Assembly: GCA_963663995.1 (NCBI GenBank) | Contig: OY760660.1 | Coordinates: forward strand, 1,050,001 to 1,082,000 | Direction: 5' to 3' | Origin: Erysipelotrichaceae bacterium | Lineage (GTDB): Bacteria; Bacillota_I; Bacilli_A; Erysipelotrichales; Erysipelotrichaceae | Length of the DNA stretch: 32,000 bases | Shown here: positions 18,228 through 27,219 of the stretch, piece by piece | Numbering within the stretch: the first letter of the stretch is position 1 | How the letters are laid out: each line of letters opens with the position of its first letter | The notes under the pieces: generated by a model | What the model saw: the letters and a program-made list of their open reading frames with translations, nothing else | The model's database searches: none | What the model was told of the DNA's origin: nothing | Program-made: the position numbers and the translations under genes

Positions 18228-19079
18228 TTAATACTTTCTTTCCCAAGCCGCAAAACGTTCAACTTGAGCAGGATCTTTATGTGATAAAACAATAGAAGCT
18301 CCTGTATCAAGTTTTTTAAGTTCAGTCATTTCTTCATCAGTAAAAGAGAAATTAAAAACATCTATGTTTTCTAACATTCGCTCTTTCTTAGTTGTCTTCA
18401 TAACTAAGGTAACCCCTTTTTGTATTAAGAAACGCAAAGCAATTTGAGCAATCGTTTTATCATATTTTTTAGCTAAACTGATTACATATTCATTTTCCCA
18501 TATGTTTTTATTTGCGCGAGCCAAAGGCATCCAAGCTTGTGCTTGAACATGATATTTATTCATGATTTCAATCGCAATATCTTGTTGATGAAGTAAATGG
18601 ATTTCTACCTGATTAACTTGAGGCACAACATCATTGAATTTTACAAAATCAATTAATCGATCAGGATATAAATTACTTACCCCTATTGCGCGTATTTTCC
18701 CAGCTTTATAAAATTCAGTAAGTGCTCGATATGCACCATATATATCATTGAATGGATGATGTATTAAAAACAAATCAATATAGTCTAGTTGTAGACGATC
18801 AAGTGATCCTTGAATGGATAATTTAGCTTTTTCATAAGTCGCATCAGCTAACCATAATTTAGTTGTAATAAATAATTCTTCACGTGGGACAGGACTTTTC
18901 TTTAAAGCTTTCCCCACAAGCGACTCATTTCCATAACCTTGTGCTGTATCAAACAAACGGTAGCCCGCATCAATCGCCTCTAAAATACATCTCTCAGCTT
19001 CAGTTTCTTCTGTTAGGCCAATAACACCATAGCCAATCTTTGGCATCTTAACACCATTATTCAAAGTAACATATTCCAT
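18228..19079 (-). CDS. Aldo/keto reductase (DkgA-like subfamily)
   Basis: Paralog of 15298..16149 (FDTAQGY, ITTKLW, FLIHHP). The start is set at MEYVTLNNG (ATG 19079) with a GAGGAAAG SD, because the track start at 19118 falls inside promoter D. Confidence 0.85.
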   Translation of the reverse strand: MEYVTLNNGVKMPKIGYGVIGLTEETEAERCILEAIDAGYRLFDTAQGYGNESLVGKALKKSPVPREELFITTKLWLADATYEKAKLSIQGSLDRLQLDYIDLFLIHHPFNDIYGAYRALTEFYKAGKIRAIGVSNLYPDRLIDFVKFNDVVPQVNQVEIHLLHQQDIAIEIMNKYHVQAQAWMPLARANKNIWENEYVISLAKKYDKTIAQIALRFLIQKGVTLVMKTTKKERMLENIDVFNFSFTDEEMTELKKLDTGASIVLSHKDPAQVERFAAWERKY

Positions 19080-19109
19080 TTTCTTTCCTCGACTTTCATG
19101 TTCACTTTT

Positions 19110-19140
19110 ACTATACAACCATGTACTTACTACATGTCAA
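19110..19140 (-). promoter_or_regulatory. MerR-type promoter D (class-1-like dyad) for the AKR-AKR-flavoprotein unit
   Basis: Minus strand: TTGACA-TGTAGTAAGTACATGGTTG-TATAGT, an exact 19-nt spacer. Dyad CATGTA-N5-TACATG, sharing TGTAGTA..TACA with sites A, B and C. Confidence 0.65.
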
Positions 19141-19159
19141 AAAATATGAGCAATTTCAT

Positions 19160-20542
19160 TTATATAACACTATGACTTAACCACTTCCCTGATCTGAATC
19201 GGAAATGATTGAGGATTGCTCGTACACACCAGTCGGCAACCATCGCTAAAGCAATACCGATGACTCCTAGATTGAAGACAATACCCAATAAATACGATAG
19301 TATGACACGAACAACAACTGTCGCAAATAATGAAGTGTACATGACATACTTGACATCACCAGCAGCTCGAATCCCAAAGGCCATCGCATGACTTGTTGGG
19401 GTGGCGATAAAATTAAAGACGTTATGTATGATGACTAAAATAACGATTAAATTTCGTGTTTCAGCTGATATATCATAGGTTCTTAATATTAGTGGTAAAA
19501 GAAGTAATATCACACTATTCCAAACAAATGCACCAGCAAAGGTCACTCGAGTTAATTTTTTCATATAGAATTTTGCTGCTTTGACTTCATGTGCGCCCAA
19601 TGATTGTCCAACGATTGTAACAAAAGCTGGTCCCATCGCAAAGGTAAATAATGCAGACATCGTCCAAAAACTTTGGGCAATTCCATTCGCAGCAATTTGA
19701 CTTGTTCCAAACAAAGCTGTAATTGAGCTTAAGATCACTTTTGATAATTGAAACAATCCTTGTTCAACACCATTTGGAATGGCTATTTTTAGAATTCGAT
19801 TAACCATATCTTTGTGCCAACTGAAAATATTTTTAAAGTGTAAAGTAATTGGATTATTCTTATTGAAGTTCAACGCAAGAATGACAACTGCTGCAAATAC
19901 CCTGGAAATAAAACTAGGCCAAGCTACCCCAGCAACTCCTGCATGTAAAACAAATATTCCTATGTAATTACCAATGGCATTAATTAAATTCATTAGTAAT
20001 GAAATATACATTGTAACTTTAGTTTTACCCATACTTCTAAAGATGGCAGCTCCACTATTGTAAATTGCTAATGCTGGAAATGAATAGGTTGTAATCTTTA
20101 AATATGTCACACTAGCTTGCATAACGGCATCATCAACTTGTCCAAAAAGGAATGACAATATTTGTTGATTAAAGATTAATGTAAAGATTAAGAAAACCAT
20201 CGACACCATTAAACCAATATTAATAATTTGAGCTGCTGCTTGATCACCTAAGTCTTTATCTTTTTTACCAATATATTGACTTATAACAACGGATCCTCCA
20301 GAAGCCAAAGCTATAAATACATAAAGAAAAATCGTAATAAACATATTAACTAATGAAACACCGGATACAGCAGCTTCACCAGCATAACTAATCATCAACG
20401 TGTCAAAGATACCCACCAACATAACTAAAAATTGTTCAACAAGTAGTGGAACAATTAAGTGAATCAAAAATTTATTATCAAATCTCTTTTGAGATGTTTC
20501 TAAAGTGTTTTTTGGTTCTAATAAAGACATTATTAAATTCAT
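19160..20542 (-). CDS. MATE-family efflux transporter (copy 1)
   Basis: 460 aa, about 12 hydrophobic segments, typical MATE N-terminal region (LIVPLLVEQFLVMLVG). GGAGG SD. Confidence 0.85.
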   Translation of the reverse strand: MNLIMSLLEPKNTLETSQKRFDNKFLIHLIVPLLVEQFLVMLVGIFDTLMISYAGEAAVSGVSLVNMFITIFLYVFIALASGGSVVISQYIGKKDKDLGDQAAAQIINIGLMVSMVFLIFTLIFNQQILSFLFGQVDDAVMQASVTYLKITTYSFPALAIYNSGAAIFRSMGKTKVTMYISLLMNLINAIGNYIGIFVLHAGVAGVAWPSFISRVFAAVVILALNFNKNNPITLHFKNIFSWHKDMVNRILKIAIPNGVEQGLFQLSKVILSSITALFGTSQIAANGIAQSFWTMSALFTFAMGPAFVTIVGQSLGAHEVKAAKFYMKKLTRVTFAGAFVWNSVILLLLPLILRTYDISAETRNLIVILVIIHNVFNFIATPTSHAMAFGIRAAGDVKYVMYTSLFATVVVRVILSYLLGIVFNLGVIGIALAMVADWCVRAILNHFRFRSGKWLSHSVI

Positions 20543-20544
20543 AA

Positions 20545-20579
20545 AAGACCTCCATATAAGTAACTATAAAGGTGGTCTT
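20545..20579 (-). terminator. Hairpin downstream of lysR whose 3' arm contains the MATE SD
   Basis: Minus strand: AAGACCACC-17 nt loop-GGAGGTCTT followed by TTATG (9 positions, 1 mismatch). GGAGG is the SD of the MATE gene. Confidence 0.45.
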
Positions 20580-20600
20580 AAGATATAACAAATAGTTATA
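20563..20600 (-). promoter_or_regulatory. LysR-type box plus candidate promoter for MATE copy 1
   Basis: Minus strand: TATAAC-TATTT-GTTATA (contains a T-N11-A core) overlapping a -35 TTGTTA, then a 17-nt spacer and -10 TATAGT (plus 20563..20568). Confidence 0.5.
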
Positions 20601-20618
20601 TTAAATAGTTTATTATGC

Positions 20619-21497
20619 TTACTTTGAATTGTTAATAATGGCCTCAATAAACATTTGTGCTGCTTGTGATTGGAGTCTATTTTTCTTCCACGCAAAAATA
20701 TGGTTCAGTCGTTTTTCAGGTTTAAATGGTACAAAACTCAAACCATCAACTGGCCTAATAGCTAATGCCCCTTCAATCGTAATTGAAAACCCAATATTCA
20801 ATTTCGCATACTCTAATGAATTGCTAATTAGATTATGAAATCCAACAAAGTTTAGTTTATTTGAATCAATGTCTAACCAATCTAATACATCATCTAAGAC
20901 AATTGATCGTCGAGATATCATTAAAGGTAAGTCGATAAGATCTATTGCTTCTACATAACCTTTACTGGTTAAAGGATGCTGGCTTGGAAGTATTAATCCC
21001 TGTTTTTCAAAAAGCGATAAATTTACAGAACTGTATTTTGCTGTTTCTATAGGTTCAAGTACAAAGGCACAATCTATTAACCCTTGATCTAATCGCTCTC
21101 GCAAATCATCACCATTGGCTGAATAGATATCAAACTGTACTTGTGGGTACTGTTTGATAAAATCACTTGTCCATTTTGCAACAACTTTTGAAACGGACGA
21201 TTCAACACATCCAATACTTATTCTTCCACTCAAATACGAATCAGGACCTTTTAAATCCCTCTCTGTTTTTTGAATCAATTCAACAATTTCCTGAGCTCGC
21301 TGTTGATAAAGTAAACCAGCTTCTGTAAGGATTAGACTTCGTTTGCCTCGAATAAAAAATTGTACACCCAATTGTTCTTCCATGTCCATAAGTTGGCGGC
21401 TTAGAGTTGGTTGAGTTATGTGTAATTTTTCGGCAGCACGCGTTAAATTTCCTTCTTGTGCAATTTTTAAAAAGTAAGTCAAAAAACGTGTATCCAT
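20619..21497 (-). CDS. LysR-family transcriptional regulator (copy 1)
   Basis: N-terminal wHTH (LTRAAEKLHITQPTLSRQL) plus a C-terminal LysR substrate-binding domain. 292 aa. Confidence 0.88.
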   Translation of the reverse strand: MDTRFLTYFLKIAQEGNLTRAAEKLHITQPTLSRQLMDMEEQLGVQFFIRGKRSLILTEAGLLYQQRAQEIVELIQKTERDLKGPDSYLSGRISIGCVESSVSKVVAKWTSDFIKQYPQVQFDIYSANGDDLRERLDQGLIDCAFVLEPIETAKYSSVNLSLFEKQGLILPSQHPLTSKGYVEAIDLIDLPLMISRRSIVLDDVLDWLDIDSNKLNFVGFHNLISNSLEYAKLNIGFSITIEGALAIRPVDGLSFVPFKPEKRLNHIFAWKKNRLQSQAAQMFIEAIINNSK

Positions 21498-21526
21498 ATT
21501 CCTATCATACTTTAAAATATGGAAAT

Positions 21527-21573
21527 ATAAAAAGACTTGTCAAACATGTGGGTATCACAGTTTAACTAGTCTT
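21527..21573 (-). terminator. Hairpin/terminator after the AKR pseudogene, embedding a TTGACA that may be the lysR -35
   Basis: Minus strand: AAGACTAGTTAAAC-14 nt-GTTTGACAAGTCTT (1 mismatch, 1 G-U), then a T-rich tail. TTGACA (plus 21538..21543) sits 18 nt upstream of TATTTT. Confidence 0.45.
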
Positions 21574-21583
21574 CTAATTATTT

Positions 21584-22499
<916 letters not shown>

Positions 22500-22521
22500 A
22501 TAAGTTAAAAGGAGCTCAATT

Positions 22522-22917
22522 ATGTATACTATGAAAGATGTTTGTGATAAATACAGAATGCCCTATGAAACACTTCGTTATTACTGTAATGAAGGATTAA
22601 TCCCTAACGTAAAACGTGATCATAATAATTACAGGATGTTTGATGAAAGAGATTTAGCATGGATTGAAGGTCTGCAATGTCTTCGCAAATGTGGACTTGG
22701 AATCAAAGACTTAAAAGTTTATTTGGATCTTGCAATGGAAGGTCCATCAACCATCAACAAACGTAAGAAAATGTTAGAAAAGCAAAGAATTGAACTTTTA
22801 GAAAAGAAAAAGGAAATCGATAAAAGCTTAGCTTACATTGAGAAGAAAAATCAATATTATGATGATGTTCAAAACGGAAAAATAAAATATACAAGTAATA
22901 TCATAGATATAGACTAA
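22522..22917 (+). CDS. MerR-family transcriptional regulator (NmlR/AdhR-like, Cys-containing)
   Basis: N-terminal wHTH (YETLRYYCNEGLIPNVKRD...YRMFDERDL), a coiled-coil C-terminus, and Cys53/Cys57 in LQCLRKCGL. AAAGGAG SD. Confidence 0.85.
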   Translation: MYTMKDVCDKYRMPYETLRYYCNEGLIPNVKRDHNNYRMFDERDLAWIEGLQCLRKCGLGIKDLKVYLDLAMEGPSTINKRKKMLEKQRIELLEKKKEIDKSLAYIEKKNQYYDDVQNGKIKYTSNIIDID

Positions 22918-22920
22918 AGA

Positions 22921-22956
22921 AAATCAGCTCGCGATATGGTCAAGCTGATTTTTTTA
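22921..22956 (+). terminator. Bidirectional terminator between merR and the MFS gene
   Basis: AAATCAGCT-13 nt-AGCTGATTT followed by TTTTT on the plus strand. The reverse sense is followed by a T-rich tail. It overlaps the MFS stop codon. Confidence 0.65.
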
Positions 22957-24099
22957 TTTACTCTTTTTACCTTCAAACCAGAATAGAACTGCTGCAAACA
23001 AGACAAAACCTCCTGCCGCTATAGTCATGAAAGGAATCCCAATTGATTCGACGAGCACTCCACCAATAATTGCTCCTCCAGCAAAACCAAACTGAACCAT
23101 CGTACCATTAATACTTAATAAGATAGCAGTACCTTTAGTAAAACGCGTGTTGATATTGAGGTTGAAAATCGGTCCACATGTCCAAGCAGAAACTGCCCAA
23201 ATAAATAAGAACAAAATGACAAGATAGACAGATTGACTAAAGACTGTAGCCAAAACAAGTGCAATTCCTTGAACAAACAAAGCTGTCTCAATAACACGCG
23301 CAACGCCATATTTGTCAGATAAAACACCACCCATTCTTGAACCAATCGTACTAGCAATCCCAACAACCATTAACACCCAGGAAATTACTGAACTTAACTG
23401 CTCAGAAGTATTTAATAAGTAAGGGGTAATATAGGTATTCATAATTGAATAGCCTAAGAACATTGAGAAAGTAACAGTAAACAACATAGCTGTTTCTTTA
23501 CTGAGAAGATATGATAATTGTTCTTTCAAAGTAACTGCTTCTCTAGTACTTGTCGATTGTAATAATCTTGTAAGAACTAACATAACTAAAGCCATAACGA
23601 CACTTAAGCCTAAAAAAATATAACGCCAATCAATCACTGCCGTAATAGCACGACTGAATGGAACACCAAAGACTAAAGCTAAACTTGCGCCAATCGCAAT
23701 CATACTTAGATCACGACCACGCCTTTCTGGTTTCGCCTTTTCAGCAATAATTGAGAAAGCTGCAATTCCATAAACACCTGCTCCTAAACCAACAAAGACA
23801 CGAGCTAATAATAATAGTGCATAGTTTGGGGCAATGAACATCATTCCATTCCCTATGATCATACTAATCAAACCGACAAATAAAATTTTATGAAGTGCTT
23901 GTTTAGCTAAAATAATCATCACAATTGGAGTTCCGATGGCAGCTGATAATGAGTAAACTGTTGTTAATTGTCCAATCGCCGCAATACTTACACCAATAGA
24001 TTCAGAAACTTTATCAATAATCCCACCAAATATAAACTGGGCAACACCCATTAAAAAGCTTAATAACGCAAACAATAAAACTAAAATTGATTCTAACAT
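22954..24099 (-). CDS. MFS transporter
   Basis: 381 aa, about 12 hydrophobic helices, with a loop motif RRGRD after TM segments typical of MFS. GGAGAAGGAG SD. Confidence 0.8.
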   Translation of the reverse strand: MLESILVLLFALLSFLMGVAQFIFGGIIDKVSESIGVSIAAIGQLTTVYSLSAAIGTPIVMIILAKQALHKILFVGLISMIIGNGMMFIAPNYALLLLARVFVGLGAGVYGIAAFSIIAEKAKPERRGRDLSMIAIGASLALVFGVPFSRAITAVIDWRYIFLGLSVVMALVMLVLTRLLQSTSTREAVTLKEQLSYLLSKETAMLFTVTFSMFLGYSIMNTYITPYLLNTSEQLSSVISWVLMVVGIASTIGSRMGGVLSDKYGVARVIETALFVQGIALVLATVFSQSVYLVILFLFIWAVSAWTCGPIFNLNINTRFTKGTAILLSINGTMVQFGFAGGAIIGGVLVESIGIPFMTIAAGGFVLFAAVLFWFEGKKSK

Positions 24100-24127
24100 T
24101 TGACTCTCCTTCTCCTATTAATTTCGA

Positions 24128-24158
24128 AGTATAAAGCGCTGTAGTTACTACAGGTCAA
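24128..24158 (-). promoter_or_regulatory. MerR-type promoter B (class-1 dyad) for the MFS transporter
   Basis: Minus strand: TTGACC-TGTAGTAACTACAGCGCTT-TATACT, an exact 19-nt spacer. Dyad CTGTAGT-A-ACTACAG with perfect 7-bp arms. Confidence 0.7.
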
Positions 24159-24174
24159 GTAATTTAAATTTCTT

Positions 24175-24212
24175 CAGAAAAATAAAATACCAACAACAAA
24201 AATCGGTATTTT
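24175..24212 (-). terminator. Terminator after the Fe-ADH gene
   Basis: Minus strand: AAAATACC-13 nt-GGTATTTT followed by ATTTTTCT. Confidence 0.55.
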
Positions 24213-24228
24213 ATAAAATGTTTAAAAT

Positions 24229-25398
24229 TTATAGGCACATTCTATAGATATTTTCGATATCTTGAGCATTAAGAGTTTTAAATCCAGAAAGTTCTTTTCC
24301 TTTACATGCATTCGTAGCCATTGCTTTAAAATGTGTTTCATCAATTCCAATTTCTGTTAAAGTACTTTGTAAGCCTAATTCATCAAATAAGAATGAACTA
24401 AATCTTTTAATAGCTTCCTTTGAAGCATCCATATCAGATAATGATGTATCCACACCAAAGATATTAACACCAAATTTCTTAATTTGTTTTGCAGTGTTTT
24501 CATCCAAAATATATTCTAACCAACGAGGCATTAAAATTGCTAAACCTAAACCGTGTGTAATGTCATAGTAAGCAGAAAGTTCATGTTCCATCGCATGATT
24601 ACTTGCAGCTTGACCACCACCAGAGAATAGAATGCCATTTAGAGCCCAAGAACTTGCCCACATTAAATTTGCACGTGCATCATAATTTTCAGGTTCTTTT
24701 AAGGCAATAGGTGCCCATTTAACAACTGTCTTAATGATATTTTCCATCGTCAAATCAACCATATCCATTTTTGGATGTTGGGTTAAATAAAAGACATCGA
24801 TAACATGTGCGATAATATCCGCTGCACCACTGGCTGTTTGAAATGGGCTAACAGAAAACGTGTTCTTTGGATTTAAGAATGAAGCTTTTGGAAATTGAAG
24901 TGGGTGCACTAGCCCATACTTCTCATTTGTTTCAACATTTGAAATTACACCCCCTGGATCCATTTCAGACCCCGTTGCTGATAAAGTAAGAATCGTCACA
25001 AGTGGTAATGCATTGGAAATTTGAGCTTTTTTGGTGACCAGATCCCAAGAATCGCCATCATAGAATGTAGAACTGGCGATGACTTTTGAACAATCGATGG
25101 TTGAACCACCACCGACAGCTAAAATAACATCGATCTTTTCCTTTTTACATATATCTGCGCCACGATTTACCGTAGTATGTCTTGGATTTGGTTCAATACC
25201 ACCAAACTCAAAAACTTCAAAGTCTGCTTTTCTAAGTTCATTCATGACTTCATCATATAAACCAATCTTCTTGATTGAACCTCCTCCATAGGCAAATAAA
25301 ACTTTATTACCATATTTTTGAAGTTCACTTGTTAAATGTTTTAGTTGATCTTCACCAAAATAAATTTTTGTTGTGTTTTGAAATATAAAATCGTACAT
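24229..25398 (-). CDS. Iron-containing (group III) alcohol dehydrogenase, butanol dehydrogenase/YqhD-like
   Basis: AVGGGSTIDCSK glycine motif and HAMEHELSAYYDITHG metal-binding His cluster. 389 aa. Confidence 0.85.
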   Translation of the reverse strand: MYDFIFQNTTKIYFGEDQLKHLTSELQKYGNKVLFAYGGGSIKKIGLYDEVMNELRKADFEVFEFGGIEPNPRHTTVNRGADICKKEKIDVILAVGGGSTIDCSKVIASSTFYDGDSWDLVTKKAQISNALPLVTILTLSATGSEMDPGGVISNVETNEKYGLVHPLQFPKASFLNPKNTFSVSPFQTASGAADIIAHVIDVFYLTQHPKMDMVDLTMENIIKTVVKWAPIALKEPENYDARANLMWASSWALNGILFSGGGQAASNHAMEHELSAYYDITHGLGLAILMPRWLEYILDENTAKQIKKFGVNIFGVDTSLSDMDASKEAIKRFSSFLFDELGLQSTLTEIGIDETHFKAMATNACKGKELSGFKTLNAQDIENIYRMCL

Positions 25399-25429
25399 TT
25401 TTTTCTCTCTCTTTATTTATTTCTTAGTT

Positions 25430-25460
25430 AGTTTAATACTTGAAGTAAACTCCAAGTCAA
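25430..25460 (-). promoter_or_regulatory. MerR-type promoter E (class-2 dyad) for the Fe-ADH gene
   Basis: Minus strand: TTGACT-TGGAGTTTACTTCAAGTAT-TAAACT, an exact 19-nt spacer. Dyad CTTGGAGT-TT-ACTTCAAG with 7 of 8 arm positions complementary. Confidence 0.65.
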
Positions 25461-25476
25461 GAATATTTTATGAAAC

Positions 25477-26364
25477 TTACTTTTGAGTCTCCCAAAATTT
25501 AAATGCTTGTTTTATCCAACCTTCTGCTTTAATATCTAGTCCTAAACCAAAACCATGAGGAAGTCCATCATAGACATGTAACTCTGTTGGAATTCCCATT
25601 TTTTCTAGTTTATTTAAACGGTTTTGCATAACTCGCCAATCGGCTATCCAATCATTTGTGCCAATACAAGCATAGGTAGGCGCATCATATTGATTAACTT
25701 GAGAATGACCCGTATATTGCATAATCACGGCTGTTGCTTGAGGTATATCATCTCTTTGAGTAAGTTGATTTAAATATTGTTTATTCGCTAAAGTGGCTGC
25801 CATTCTTGCTCCAGCTGATCCACCCCATAATGAGTATGAGTTCTTTTTAACTTTTAATTCATCAGAATGATCATAAACAAATTTTATGGCTTGCGCTAAA
25901 TCATCATAGGCACTATTTGGACGATAAATTAAGGCGAATGCGTTATATCCATTCTTACTTGCTTCTAATGCATGTGGAAAACTATCATGCATCGCTCCTA
26001 CATACATCATCCCTCCACCCGCACTCATAATGGCAAACTTCTCATATTCATTGCCTCGAAAGAAGAATAAACCGGTATCCTTTTTGTTTGGATCACGTCT
26101 TATTTCTTCATCAGTATAGATTGAATAGAAAATTTGTTGATGATTTAAAGCTTCAGTTTTTAAATAATTCAGTATTTCAATGGTCGTTTTAACTTTTATA
26201 TTGTTGTACCAAATATATACATTTGACGTACTAATATCACTTAGTGTTGCGTATCTGCTAATCGATAAATCAATTGGAAACAACAAATGAGCGAATCCAT
26301 TGAACGCTGGATCGTTAAGTACATCTTCTACTATTGATTTTTCATTAAAATATTTTTCTGCCAT
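25477..26364 (-). CDS. Alpha/beta hydrolase (esterase/lipase-like)
   Basis: Nucleophile elbow GGSAG and a C-terminal GLPHGF His region. 295 aa. Confidence 0.75.
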   Translation of the reverse strand: MAEKYFNEKSIVEDVLNDPAFNGFAHLLFPIDLSISRYATLSDISTSNVYIWYNNIKVKTTIEILNYLKTEALNHQQIFYSIYTDEEIRRDPNKKDTGLFFFRGNEYEKFAIMSAGGGMMYVGAMHDSFPHALEASKNGYNAFALIYRPNSAYDDLAQAIKFVYDHSDELKVKKNSYSLWGGSAGARMAATLANKQYLNQLTQRDDIPQATAVIMQYTGHSQVNQYDAPTYACIGTNDWIADWRVMQNRLNKLEKMGIPTELHVYDGLPHGFGLGLDIKAEGWIKQAFKFWETQK

Positions 26365-26373
26365 TTTTGACCT

Positions 26374-27009
26374 TTAATAAAATGATGGTTTAGGAAAATC
26401 TGTGTTTGGTTCACTGACACCAAGACTCGTATTCTTAAATCTCTTAGGGTCATTGATGATATCTACTACTAATCTAGCCACTGCTTGACGTGTCACTTGT
26501 GCACCAATAAATGGCTCACCCTTTTGACTAATCATGTATTTTTCATTCCCATTTTGATTATATAACCAGGTTAAACGTAACAATGTATAATCTAAACCTG
26601 ATTCTTCAATTATTTGTGCTGAACGCTTATGACGATCTGTTCCTGGACCACCAACCATCATTTCATTCCATTTCCCAAATTCACCAATAACTTCATCATA
26701 TATACCTAGAATGGTTGCGGCAATAATCTTTTCTACACCAGATTCTTTAGCCGCATTAACTATATTCTCAGTTGCTAAGTTTGAATTGACATCGTTTAAA
26801 TAAATCAAATCAACTCCTTGCATCGCAGTTAGTAGTTTTTCTTTATCTTTGAAGTCACCATCTATAAGCTCAATGTGATGTCCTGTTTCAGTTAATCTGT
26901 TTTTAGCACTTCGAGCATAAAGAACTAAATCATGTTTGTCTTCTTGTATTAATTTTTTTGTGAGCATACGAGAAATTTGACCTGCTGCTCCTAAAATTAA
27001 AATTTTCAT
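26374..27009 (-). CDS. NAD(P)H-binding protein (NmrA-like / atypical SDR)
   Basis: MKILILGAAGQIS (GxxGxxG) at the N-terminus. The start is set at the ATG at 27009 (AAGGAG 8 nt upstream), because the track start at 27057 lies inside promoter F. Confidence 0.75.
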   Translation of the reverse strand: MKILILGAAGQISRMLTKKLIQEDKHDLVLYARSAKNRLTETGHHIELIDGDFKDKEKLLTAMQGVDLIYLNDVNSNLATENIVNAAKESGVEKIIAATILGIYDEVIGEFGKWNEMMVGGPGTDRHKRSAQIIEESGLDYTLLRLTWLYNQNGNEKYMISQKGEPFIGAQVTRQAVARLVVDIINDPKRFKNTSLGVSEPNTDFPKPSFY

Positions 27010-27031
27010 AGTGTGATCTCCTTGTGAATCT

Positions 27032-27062
27032 ATCTTAAGCCTTGGAGTTCGCTCCAAGTCAA
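27032..27062 (-). promoter_or_regulatory. MerR-type promoter F (class-2 dyad) for NmrA-like + hydrolase
   Basis: Minus strand: TTGACT-TGGAGCGAACTCCAAGGCT-TAAGAT, an exact 19-nt spacer. Dyad CTTGGAG-CGAA-CTCCAAG with perfect 7-bp arms. Confidence 0.7.
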
Positions 27063-27219
27063 GTTTCTCATTATCGTTCTTTTAAATAGTTACCTATACG
27101 CTATTTTTATACTGATGAAAATAACTATGCATTTTTTATATACTCATTAATTCAAAATACCTATTAGTCTTCTTTATTTAGTCGTTATAAACTTAAAGTA
27201 AGAAAAGTAGGAGATAAAT

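Noticed and set aside
27063-27219. A possible MerR-type site or half-site (CTTAAAGT at ~27201) upstream of the plus-strand SDR gene.
   Set aside because: Only one half-site is present, with no TTGAC-N19-TAnnnT frame on the plus strand. It is probably an ordinary sigma-A-type promoter, which I could not place confidently.
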